Position numbers and translations under genes: made by a program | In this document: positions 22,851 through 35,251 of the stretch, in pieces | Layout of the letters: every line of letters starts with the position of its first letter | Numbering within the stretch: position 1 is the first letter of the stretch | DNA from: Azolla caroliniana | Taxonomy: Eukaryota > Plantae > Polypodiophyta | Direction of reading: 5' to 3' | Assembly (NCBI GenBank): GCA_043228905.1 | Contig: JBHGNT010000001.1 | Span: 12,586,001-12,650,000, forward strand | DNA: 64,000 bases | The notes under the pieces: model-generated | The model's database searches: none | Told to the model about the DNA's origin: nothing | The model's input: the letters and a program-made list of their open reading frames with translations, nothing else

Positions 22851-25576
22851 ACGGACGGTAACAACGAACACCAACGAACATGAGCAATCATGTGTGGTCC
22901 TCACCGGAGACTAGGTGAGCGATCATGTGCAGCCCTGACCAAAGACTGAACACTGACGGACGTGAGCGACCATGCAGTCCTCAATGTGAACTAGAACACG
23001 AACGGGAGTGAGCGACCATGCGGTCCTCACTCAAAACTGGAACACAAACGAGCTTGAGTGACCATGTGCGGTCCTCACAAGGAACAGAACAACAACGAAC
23101 GAAGGAGTGTAGGTGAAGCGGTCAACTCGACTTCTTCTATCATGAGAGGATAAATAGTTGAGGTTGACCCAAAACACGGCACAAACGGTAACGTTACCAA
23201 GAAACTGATGTGATCCCCACTAGGAAAGTGAGCGGTTATGACCCACCACCGGAACTAGAAGCCGAGCGATTGAAATCGATCCTCGTCAAACAAAAGTGGA
23301 GTGAAATGTAGACCAAAATGAAAATGGAGTGCAAGGGAGCAATGATTTGATCCCCACCAAGAAAGTGAGCGGTTGTTACCCCCACCGGAACTATGAAGGT
23401 GGGCGATTGAAATCAATTTGTTTGATGAAGACAACAAGAGGTGCTGAAAATGATGATGTCGAAGACAGGGCAACAAAGATGATGATCATGAAGAAGCATC
23501 TCTAAAACCAAGGATGTTGATGACGGTAACTCTAGAAGCAAGGATTGTGATGATGGTAACTCTAGAAGCAAGGGCGATGGCAAAGACGGGTGATGCCTCC
23601 AGTTGGAAGGGATTCACACGAGTCATTGACACATCAATCTAGTATTCTTGTTTCGCCCCATGTTGTCTCCTTGATCTTTATATGACTGGTGTGAATCCAT
23701 TGAAAGGTACCACGGAGGTTACAAGTATTTATATTGTGAGTCGAAGTACAATTAGAATATTCTGGAGAATATTCTAGAATCCTCTAGAACCTTCTAATTT
23801 TAGAACTTGAAGTAGATAGTGTACTAATAATCTCTAAAATATACATAACATGACCATGTATTTGGATGTATTGGTTAGAACATAACACTTGAATATAATA
23901 TAAGAGGTCAAGAGTTCAAATCTTCACATGACTGTTGTCATGTCTGTGACAGGTTGGACCATGTACACCTCTTCTTCTAATTCACTTCGGAGGAAGGCAT
24001 TCTTTACATCCATCTGGTGGAGGTGCCAGTGTGAGTGCAATCACGGTTCGAAAAATCATCACCTTTGCCACCGGGGCAAAGGTCTCTTCATAGTCAACTC
24101 CATGTGTCTGTGCATATCCTTTCGCTACGAGTCGGGCTTTATAGCGATTGACAGATTAACCTTGAATATCCATCTGTAGTCGATTGCCTTCTTGTGAGGT
24201 GAGTGGAGCACGAGATCCCATGTCTCGTTGTTAGAGAGAGCTTGCATCTCCTCATTCATTGCTTCGACCCATCACGGATATTTAGCGGCTTCGGCAAAGC
24301 TTTCCGGTTCACAAACAATTACCATCTTCATCGTAAAGACATAAGGGTATGCCATGTAGTTGTCATAGCTGAGTCGATTGACCGAGTCCTTTTCTTGCGT
24401 GGAGCGATGGAGTTTTTCATTTGCCGATGTGAGTGCTTTCTTAACCCCGGGTGACCTCATAAGAGGCACATCAAAGGCACCACACTCACTATCGAGTGAG
24501 TAAGTTGATTAGTTGCCATAAGATTGATAGTCTTCATATTCCGACATTTTTGCCTTTCCTTTGTTCGATTTCAGACTTGTAAGAGATTACAATTGTGAAA
24601 GCTAAGAAAAATCCAACACATTCTAATAGCAAAGGAATACAAACACAGGTTTAATGGAAACCTTACACGGGAGAGACAGAGTTAGAGCGGAACATAGAAA
24701 ACGCGTATCTTCCAAAACACTAAAAACTCTCTCAATATGCAATGTGGTCAACAACAATTTATACAAGTCCTTGAAGGATTGACCGAAGTGTTGATAGGTA
24801 CTTCAATGCTCATACTGAGCCCTTGACACTAACTACATGGACATTAACTATCTAGTAGTCTAGAAGCGTATGCCTCTAACGGCCTATTGGTTCACACACG
24901 AGTCCGGCTCTCCGATCCGTCTCAGGCTTATTCAACAAATCTGGATCCGGTTGAGCTTGTCCACTCAACACTCCCCCTCAAGCTCAACTTGAGGTCGGAT
25001 CGCAATATCTATGTCTGTTGTAGCCGGTCCTCTCCTCCGGCTCCCCTTGGTGTCCTCTCGCTTGGCTCGCGCTCCTCGTCCGGTCCGATTCAGCTTCCCA
25101 CGATGCATCCGGTTCCGCACATCTCGACCTTCTCGGTTGGCTTGATTGCTCCTTCGCCCCTTATCAGTTCCCTTGTTGTCATGGTGTTGGCGCCCCTCGA
25201 CCCGTTGGCTCCTCTGTCTCGGCTTTGGCTTCCGCTGTCTTTTTGTCCGCTTGGCCCATCGTTGATTCGGCTCCTCCAAATCGAACATTTCGATTGAATC
25301 GGGTACATCCAATTCATTTTTAATCTTGATCATATTGGCTATCTCCGTCTTTGATTCCTAGACCTTTCACAACATCGGCCCACAAATGCGTCTCAGTCTT
25401 TCCGGCTTTGCCTCCCCCTTTTTCGGTTGGCTCTAGCCTGGGCTTTCCGTTCTGGTGGTCCCCCTATGTCCGGTCTCGGCTTTCTCGGTCGACCCGTGCA
25501 CTCCAACTTCTTCAGTCGGGCCAAAATCGAAATTGGTTTCTGACTCGGCTTTTTAGTTGTCTTTCTCATTCCTCCC

Positions 25577-28500
25577 TGTTGGAGACAAAGTCGTCTGTGC
25601 GGAAGATCAAGAAGCATTCGATTGCTGTTGAGTACCTGCGTATGACAGTTTGTAGGTCGTTGCACAGAGAGAGAGAGAGAGAGAGACAGAGAGGCACAAA
25701 AGACTTTCTCTTATTCCATAAAGCAATAATACAACACCCAACCTTACAAAGAGGTTACAAGGTCACTATATATAGTGACCGACTTAGGGCAACTACCCTT
25801 TATGCTAATTACATAAATGGCCAAAACGGGATAGTGTGAATACGTCCATTATACACATGTATTCGACACTCCCCCGTAATGGGCGTATACATGGGTTATC
25901 TAAGATTACAGGTATAGACTTAGGTTCTCGGACATATCAGCTTTGTTCGGATCGGCAGGGTCCGAAGGCAGAAGACCGAACTGGTCGGGTCGGAACAGTT
26001 GAAGCCGATCATTAAGGAACTGATGTCGGTTGTCGGGAACCATCCTGCTCTGTGTCCGGCTCTAACCGGACTGGTTTGTCGTTACGCCCATCTGATGCCG
26101 AAGAGACCGAAAACGGTCTGCCGAAAGACACTTGGTCATTCCATCTGCGACATTGTCGGTTGTGGATATTTTCTCTAGACCGATTTTCCCTGAAATGACG
26201 CAGTCCCGAACGAAGTGATATCGAACGTCGATATGTTTGGAGGCGTTGTGGTGAACCGGATTTTTCGACAAGGCAACAACACCTTGACTGTCGCTGTAGA
26301 CAACTGGAGCCGAGTCATGGTCGACTTGTCGAAACGTGTGCGCCAGCCGACCGAGCCACAAAGCTTCTTTTGCTGCGTCGGACGCAGCTACATATTCTGC
26401 TTCGGTCGTTGAGGTCGCTGTGCACTCCTGAAGTTTCGACTTCCACGAGATTGCTCCATTGCCGAATTTGAAGCAGTATCCGGTTGTTGATTTCCGACTG
26501 TCTATACAGCCGGCGAAGTCCGAGTCGGTGTAACCGACTACGCCTGAGGTTCGGTTCGGACCGAAAAGAATGTCGTGGTCTTTTGTGCCAGCCAGATATC
26601 TGAACACATGCTTGACTGCGTTCCAATGCGATCGGCCAGGATTGTGCATAAATCTGCTAACGACTCCTACGGCGTGAGAAATATCAGGCCGTGTCGCGAC
26701 CATCAGGTACATAAGGGAGCCGACTGCCGGTGCATACGGTACCGACTTCATATCTTCCCCCTCCGGACCGGATGTCGGGCAGTCTCGCTGAGAGAGCCGA
26801 AGATTCATGGGGAGCGGGGTTGAAGCAGATTTGGCTGATTGCATGTTGAAGCGTTCTAAGACACGTCGGGTATAGTCGGTCTGAGACAAAAAAAGATGTT
26901 GTTTATCGCGATGCCGACTAATCTTCATGCCAAGGATGTGTCGTGCCGGACCGAGGTCCTTCATGGCAAACTTCAACCGCAGTTGCCGAATGAGATCGGC
27001 AAGTTCGCCCGCGTGGCGTCCAGAAATTAGCATGTCGTCCACGTAAATGATGAGGAAGATGGGTGATCCATCTTGAGCTGTGTTGGTAAAGAGGCAATGG
27101 TCCTCATCGCTTTTTGAGAAGCCGATCGATTGGATGAAGTCGTCGAACTTCTTGTACCATTGTCGCGGTGCCTGTTTGAGGCCGTATAGACTCTTCCTGA
27201 GTCGGCAGACTAGATGTGCTTGGCCAGTTGCCACGAAGCCTTTTGGCTGCTCCATATAAATTTCCTCTTCAAGATCACCATGGAGGAATGTTGTTTTGAC
27301 ATCTAGCTGAATCAGCTCCAAGTTGTCGGCTGCCACTACGCCGAGTAGAAAACGGAGGGTTGTCATTTTCACCACTGGTGAAAAAATCTCGTCGAAGTCG
27401 ACGCCATATTCTTGTCGGAAGCCCTTCGCAACTAATCTGGCCTTGTACTTTGGGGTGGTTGAATCAGACGTCTCTTTTAGTCGATAAACCCACTTGCAAG
27501 GAAGAGCACGTCGGTTCCTAGGTAATTCAACCAGATCCCAAGTCTTGTTTGCCCGAATGGAGTGCATTTCCGACTCCATCGCCAGATGCCAGGTGGCGGA
27601 ATCGACAGATGTCGATGCTTCTTCGTAAGACGTCGGTTCGTCGGCGTCGGTGAAGAAAATTCCAGGAGAATACCTCTCCGGAGGTTGCGACAGTCTCTCG
27701 GATCGGCGAGGTAAGATTGGACTGGTCGCATCGGGTATCAAGGTCGGATGGTCCGAAAGCGGATTGTTCTGCTGTGCCGAGTCGGGGTTGTCCGAGTCGG
27801 TAGTGTAAGGTTCAGCTACCCGTGAAGCTGACCGTGTGTTGAGAGCGGGGCCTTCTTGAAGGGTCGGCACATCGGAAAATGTCACCCTTCGGACTTCGAT
27901 CGGTTTTTCGACTGATGGATTCATAGCCGACTCGTTGAACACAACGTCCGAACTTCGAATGATTTGTCTGCGTTCGGGGTCCCAGAGTCGGTATCCCATT
28001 TCGCCGTCGGATCCATATCCAAGGAAAATGCATTTCCTGGACCGAGGTGCAAGTTTTCGGCGATCATCTTTCGGAATAAGGGCGTACGCCTCGCATCCGA
28101 AGATCCTCAGCTTGTCGTAATTCGGCTTACTGCCGATCCATAGTTCCTGAGGAATTTGAAGTCCTAGAGGTCTACTTGGCGACATATTGATTATGTGTAC
28201 TGCCGTGAGTAGAGCCTCTGCCCAGAAGCCATCCGACAGTCCGGAGTGTTGGAGCATGGAAACTGTCCGTTCTTGGATTGTCCGATTCATGCGTTCGGCA
28301 ATCCCGTTTTGCTCCGGACTGTGTGGTGCCGTAAATTCACGTCGGATGCCGCGTTGTCGGCAGAATTTGACGAATTCTTCGGATTTAAACTCTCCCCCAT
28401 TATCTGTCCGAAAGAATTTCAGCTTTCGGTCGGTTTGATTTTCTACCATAGCGAGCCAATCGGTGAAGATCGAGAAGACCCGATCTTTGGTGCGAATTGG

Positions 28501-31036
28501 ATAAGCCCACACCTTTCGAGTCGAATCGTCAATAAAAGTGACGAAGTAAGAGGCACCGCCGAGAGACTGATGCGGCATTGGGCCACAGACATCCGAGTGG
28601 ACCAAATCAAGAGGTCTCGTTTCTCTTGGTGCTGATTTCGGGTGTGATGCGGCTGCTTGTTTGCCATACTGGCAATGCTCGCAGAATTGATGGTCCGAGA
28701 AGGAGAGTTTGGGGATGTATCCGGCTCTAGATAGGTGCGTGATGCCGGCCTTGCTGAGGTGTCCTAATCTTCGGTGCCATAGTGATGACACAGGAATATC
28801 CACCAAAAACAGGTTACCCTCTCTGAGCGTAACATGTAACGGATACAGGGAGTGTATCTTGGGTCCTCTAGCAAGCAGGAGGTTCCCCCTGTGGAGTGTC
28901 CACCCTCCCGAAGAAAAACCGGCACGAATGCCGTCTTCATCTAGTTGTCCGACTGAGATCAATGGCCTTGAGAGCTCGGGTACATGTCGGACATTGTGGA
29001 GTACAAGTGTAGAGCCACCTGCAAGGTTGAGCTCTACTGTGCCGATTCCGATGATGTCACAGTGTTGTGAGTTGCCGACTCGAACTGAGTCGGAGTGATG
29101 GATCGTATATTGCCGAAATTGGGATCGATGAGGAGTCACGTGAAATGACGCGCCCGAATCTAAGAGCCATGTGCTCGATTCTTCAGTCGTGAGTAGAACT
29201 TCTGATCCGACTGGATTTTCGATTGATAGTATATTCGGGTCGTCCGGTAGTACATCAGCTGAGAAGCTGACGTAATTGATCTCCTCATGCCGGCCACTCT
29301 TCTTGTTGTTCTTGTTCTTGAGTGCGCGGCAGTCGGCTTTGATGTGTCCGGGTTTCTTGCAATAGTTGCAGATTCGGTTATCCCGTGACTGGCTCCGTCT
29401 TCGCTGATTGTTCGGCGGCCGTGAGGAATCTCTTCCTCGTATGTTCGATCGGTCTGTCGAACCTTGTACTACGTAAGCGTCGTCTGTTGAGTCTTTGGCG
29501 AAAGACTTTCTCCGAGCTGCTTCGGTCAGGATTGCGCTCGTGACTTCGGAGTATTTAACAGCCGTGGTTGACGCGTTGCACACGGTTGTGACGAAAGTTT
29601 CCCATGATGAGGGAAGGCTGCTCATGAGTATCATTGCTCTGAGTTCATCCTCGATTGCCGTCCCCTGTGACGAGATTTGGGAGCTTATGCTTTCGTACTC
29701 ATTGAGGTGTCCTTGAACCGATCGGATTCTTTCATCCGCAAGTTGTAGAGGCGCCGGATCAGAAACATCTTCGTTGCGGCGACCTTCTTTTCGTAAGTGT
29801 CCGACAGTGTTTTCCACAGTTCGAATGCTGTCGTACACGATTGCACCGTAAAGTATACCGATTCCGATAGGTGCATCCGAATCGTGGCGCGGACAATTCT
29901 GTCCAGCTTCTGCCACTCAATTGGTTTGTATCCTTCTGGAGGTTCTTCATTTTCGATGGGATCGATTTGCCCCTTGACTATGAGATAGTCCTGCATTTGT
30001 TCCTTCCAGAAGTTGAAGTTCGATCCATCGAACTTTCGTAGACTCATTTCTGACGAGCCGGATGTTGATGCCATCAAGTTCGGTTTTGGTTGACGAAGCT
30101 CGGTTCGGAGTTGACTACGAACCTTGTTGGAGTGCAGCCAGTTGGCTCACCCGATATCGTTCTAGTCGGATTTGAACCCGAGTCGGTTCGGCTTCGGAGC
30201 TTGCTCGAATTGACTCCGGTAACTTGAGGGACAGAACCGACTGGTCTTCCCGAATGTTGCCGAGTCGGAGTGAGCCCGGTTCGCTTCGGATATATATGCC
30301 GAATGCCGATTATTGAAACCGATTATCTGGACCGATTCGGCTTCGGGTGACTGCAGCGACGAGAGAGATGGATCCAACTGATCCTCTCGAATGTCGATCA
30401 GCCGGATGAAGCACGAATTGGGGTTGTTGTCTTGAGACCGATCTGCACCGAGTGGTTACAACGAGCGGCGAGCAGCGTTTAATGACCTTTTCGGATGCCG
30501 TTTAACCGAATGGAGCACGATCGTGTCAAAGTTGCACAAGGGGATTTCACCTCGAGCGGTTACGATCACAAGGAACGGAGTACAACCTGCTGGCTTACTC
30601 CAAACAAAGATGATCTAACGCGATGAGATGCAGGCCTCGTTTTTCTTCTTCTTCTCTCTTCTTCGAATGACGCAGGAAACCGAATGCTGAGACGACGGCC
30701 GACAGCGGATTGAAGGACCGACTACTGTGCAGGCTCTGATACCAGATGTTGGAGACAAAGTCGTCTGTGCGGAAGATCAAGAAGCATTCGATTGCTGTTG
30801 AGTACCTGCGTATGACAGTTTGTAGGTCGTTGCACAGAGAGAGAGAGAGAGAGACAGAGAGGCACAAAAGACTTTCTCTTATTCCATAAAGCAATAATAC
30901 AACACCCAACCTTACAAAGAGGTTACAAGGTCACTATATATAGTGACCGACTTAGGGCAACTACCCTTTATGCTAATTACATAAATGGCCAAAACGGGAT
31001 AGTGTGAATACGTCCATTATACACATGTATTCGACA
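25577..31036 (-). mobile_element. Very young Ty1/Copia element K (LTRs 25577-25868, 30747-31036)
   Basis: TSD CTCCC (25572-25576 / 31037-31041). PBS-iMet 30733-30744. PPT 25869-25875. LTRs appear identical except one AG unit. Confidence 0.95.
26062..30074 (-). CDS. Copia K gag-pol polyprotein, one 1-bp frameshift near 29721
   Basis: ORFs 29685-30077 and 26062-29916 join to ...MKESDSVQGHLNE... if one base is restored. CNYCKKPGHIKADC, WLLDSGAS, TDNGGEF, IYVDDML and RNaseH are intact. Confidence 0.9.
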
Positions 31037-34000
31037 CTCCCCCTCAAGTTCGGCATATCGAGGTATTGCACAACCAGTGCACTAGAAAATTGCCGCAACT
31101 TGTCTAAGCCGAGGGGTTTGGTGAAGATATCGGCCACCTGCCGATCCATCTGAACATGCAGTAGTTCTACTTCACCCCATAGAACGCGCTCGCAAACAAA
31201 ATGGTAGTGCACATCGAATGTGTTGTGTCTGGGCGTGAAAGACGGAGTTCTTAGCCAACTAGTTGTTGCGGAGGTTATCACAATAGATCGTCATCAAATC
31301 AAACACCTCCACTCGCAAATCCTTCAGGAGCCTCTTGAGCCATATGGCTTCACACATTGCGACATCCACTCCTCGGTGCTTGCATACTCAACACATAGTG
31401 GCGTTGACTGATCAGTATGCGTTCGGGGGTGCGGATCACTTCGATTCCGAGAATGTAATGAAGGTCCCCAACATCCTTCATGTCAAACGATGCCACAAGT
31501 TCGGATTTGCCGTGGTCGATTTCGTCAAGGTCGGCGCCGGCGATGACTAAATCATCAACATAAAGTAAAATACTAACCGGTCCATTCCGATCTTGCCGGA
31601 TGAAGAGTGAAGAATCCGACTTTGATGCGGAAAACCCCATCCGACACAGTTGTTGTGTGATCTTCGCGTTCTAGGCACGCAGGGCTCACTTTTGTCCGTA
31701 AAGGGACTTCTTCAGTCAGTAAATGGCCCACGTGTTCATTTCGGGCTGAAATCCGGGGGGTTGAACCATATACACTTGCTCCTGAAGATCACCTTGCAGG
31801 AACACGTTCTTTACATCCATTTGGTGTAGATGCCACCCCTTCACCGCTGCCACCGCAAGCAAGACATGAACGGTCGTCATCTTTGCGACCGACGCAATGT
31901 CTCATTGTTGTCAATGTCGTGTTGTTGCGCGTAGCCCTTGGCCACTAACCGGGCCTTGTACTGGTTGACGGAGCCATCGGTGTTGTACTTAACCTTGAAT
32001 ACCCATTGAAAACCAATCGGCTTCACTCCTTTCGATACATCACCTAAGTCCCAGGTCTCGTTTTCCGTGAGCACGTGGATCTCTTCCTCCCTGGCCTTCA
32101 ACTAGTTCTGTTCCTTATCGGCTTTGGTGTAGCTCTCTACCTCACACACGGCAACCACCTTCATCATGTATGCATAATGATGCACCATATACTCATTGTA
32201 CCCCTACCTCTTCACGGGGTTCTTCTAGCGGGTGGATCAACGCAATTCCTGATTCGCCGATTTCAACTTCATCCGCGGAGGGTCCTTTCTAGTCTTCTCG
32301 AGTCGGATTCGTTCCAATCTGACTCGGCTCGGCCAACATCATACTCTGGCATCTTCTTCTTCCGTTTCTCTTTGCACGTGAACCATCTCTTTGGTTCCTT
32401 GTGCGGAGAGAGCACGCCCGAGTTTTCACTACTCGCTGGCTCGTCATCCGGTTGACCATTCCGGCTCAACCAGTCCGAATTCAGTCCACTCATCCGGAGA
32501 GAAGTCGGACTATCCGGCTGCTCGGATTCCGAGACGTTTCTCTCTATTCCAGATTCCACTGGATCATCTATAGCAATCGACTCGGGCTCAGGTGGAGAGA
32601 AGTACCAGGATGTCAATTCATCGAAAACGACATCTTGGATAACTCGAACCGCTTTCGATCGGGGATAATAACACTTATAACCCTTCTATTCATCCAAGTA
32701 ACCAACGAGAATGCATTTTTCAGTTTTCACGTCTAACTTCCTCCGTTTTTCCTTCGGTACATGCACACATGCAATGGTACCGAACACCCGAAGGTCTGCC
32801 AAATTTGGCTTCCGCACGAAGTAAAGTTTGTGCGACAGATATCCGATTTTGGATGTAGACGATTGTCTGAATCGCTTCGGCCCAATAAAATTTGGGCATG
32901 CTTTTCTCCTCAAGTATTACCCTTGCCACTTCTACCAGTGTCCTATTCCGATGCTCGGCCATGCCGTTCTGCCCTATTGTGTATCTACAGGAGAATTCCC
33001 TTTGGATTCCCTTTGTTTGCAGATAGCTCGTGAACTAGCCGGAAAAGTACTCTTTTCCGCCATCCGATCTCGGACACTTGATCTTTCTTCCGGTCTCGCG
33101 TTCGACAAGGTTCTTCAAATCCCGGAAACACAAGAAAACTTTGCTTTTCTTCTCGATTAGATAGATCAAATTGTGCCAGGTGAAATCATCAATGAAGGAG
33201 ACAAAATACCGACTCTTGCCGATGCTCATGTTCTGTGCTAGTCCCCACACATCCGAGTGGATAAGATCAAGAAGATTCTGGCTCTGATTCATCTCATTGG
33301 TGAATGGAAGCCTATGCTGCTTCCCGAGCTGGCATGCTTCACAAATTTGGCCTCTCCGGCCACTAAACTTTGGCAGTCCGGAAACCACATGTTTGGACTA
33401 CAGCTCGTGAAGCTTTCGGAAGTTGATGTGGCCGATTGACTTGTGTCATAGGTCGATGTACGACTCGACTTTCTGTCATTTTGCAAACATAGTGGTGCCA
33501 ACATCATTCGTTTCGAGGATAAACATCCTCCCATCTCGGCACCCTTGCGTGATGACTTTGCCCTCTTCTTCAATGAAGCACCCGAGGTGCTTGAACTGAA
33601 CGTGCATCCCTTGATCGACAATCTGTCCGACTGACACGAGATTCTTTGTGATTGTCGAGACATGCAAGATGTTCATAAACTTTCCCTTCTGCCCGACATG
33701 GCTAAGAGGGACCTCATTGATGTGCTCGATGGTATGCGGAGTGTCATCTTTGGTTTCGACAACTCCTGATTGCTCTGGTTTTTCAAGGAATGAAAATCAT
33801 TCTTCGTGGCTCGTCATATGGTTCGACCCTTCAGAGTCAACATACCACACTCCCTTTGAACTGAAAGTGATCTTCTTTCTCGAGTTAGCCTTGTGTTTCA
33901 TCACAAAGGCTCAGCCATTTCCATTTCCGGAACCAGATCCTTCCGGTCCTTCTACGTAGTGCGAGCTTTGCCAGCTTCCCCGTCCGGCCTTGCCGGATCC

Positions 34001-35251
34001 GGACTTGTCCAAAATGACGCGCTTTTTCCAACGCTTGCTCTCTGTGTGGCCCTTTCGGCCATAGTACCAACATTCCGTTGCGGTCTTCTCTTGCCGCTTT
34101 GACTTCCCCCATTTCTGAAGGGTCCAGAATTGTTGTCGGCACCATCTTTGTGCCTTCGATTTTGCTCTTGTTGGTCGCTTTCACCGTGTGCCGATCCGCC
34201 TCATCCGCCATGACCATGGGGCTACTCCGCCGCCGTGTATAACATCTTGTTGTCGGTGTGCTTGCTTGTTGACGCACCCGTGTGTTTCTCCTCTACTAGG
34301 AGCATCGACTGTAAGTCGAAAAATGAGGGGGTATTCTCCCTTGTACAAACTGTTGTCCAGAATGCTCTGAACTTCGACGCTAGGTCCCCGAGATAGACCT
34401 GCACCATCTCATCTTCCTCGATGGTTATGTTGATAGAGGCAAGTGAGTCGCAGATGTCTTTGATCTAGGCTGTATAGCCGACCACTGACATGTCCTTCTG
34501 TCGGACATTGCTAAACTCCTATCGGAGTTGCAGCTTCGAGGCCATGATGCTTGCGGCGAAGACCTTCTTCAAGTTTCCCCAAGCTTCCTTTGGCGTCTTG
34601 GCATCCCGGATATGGCTCACTAGCTGATCGCCGACACTGGATGCAAAGCAGTACATAACTCTGCTTACCGCTTGTTCCCAAGTTGAGAAGTTCTTGTGTG
34701 CCGCATAAGGTGTCGTATCGTTCGCTCCGTCGACATACCTCCAGTAGCCATGTCCAAGCAGGTACTGGTACAAATGCGTAATTGGATCTGTCGAACTTCT
34801 CTGTCGGGAGCGAGCTAGCTATTCCTCGGTCCATATTCTTCTTCTGTTTGTTCTTTACCGGGTGTTAGGGTTTTTCTTAAGAAAAAACGCTCGCCGGCCG
34901 CACAGGTTCGGAATCCTCGCATTCTGATACCATGTAAGAGAATACGACTGCGGAAGCTAAGACAAAACTGACACGTACAGATAGCAAAGGAATACAGACA
35001 CAGGTTTAATGGAAACCTTACACAGGAGAGACAGAGTTAGAGTAGAACATAGAAAATGTGTATATTCCAAAACACTAAAATCTCTCTCACTATACAATGT
35101 GTTGAACAACACTATTTATACAAGTCCTTGAAGGACTGACCGAAGTACTGAGAGGTACTTCAATGCTCTTATTGAAGTATGCAATAGAGCCAAATATCTT
35201 GATGTGGGATAGGTTCGACATTCTTTTGTAATATTTCTCATGAGGGGTTAC

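Larger units (their letters stand above)
3830..23951 (-). mobile_element. Non-autonomous self-priming LTR element E (3' LTR 3830-4295, PPT 4296-4310, rearranged 5' LTR ~23620-23951)
   Basis: Termini TGTCACAGACA / TGTCTGTGACA. TSD GGTTG (3825-3829 / 23952-23956). Removing it restores the Copia RT motif EEVYMVQPP. Internal region ~22850-23600 resembles D internal region in reverse. Confidence 0.85.
24578..35168 (-). mobile_element. Decayed Ty1/Copia element I (3' LTR 24578-24970; 5' LTR 34933-~35168, truncated)
   Basis: LTR pair starting TGTAAGAGA. PBS tctgatacca 34923-34932. PPT 24971-24980. Fragmented gag, integrase (SDGGKEY), RT (LYVDDL) and RNaseH in 34834-31040. Confidence 0.85.

Noticed and set aside
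24965-25333. Extra (env-like) ORF in Copia I 3' region
   Set aside because: Short, low-complexity and basic, with no signal peptide or transmembrane segment.
26062-29916. 1284-aa ORF N-terminus as annotated in the track
   Set aside because: The first ~65 residues are out-of-frame sequence upstream of the frameshift; the real start is the ATG at 30074.
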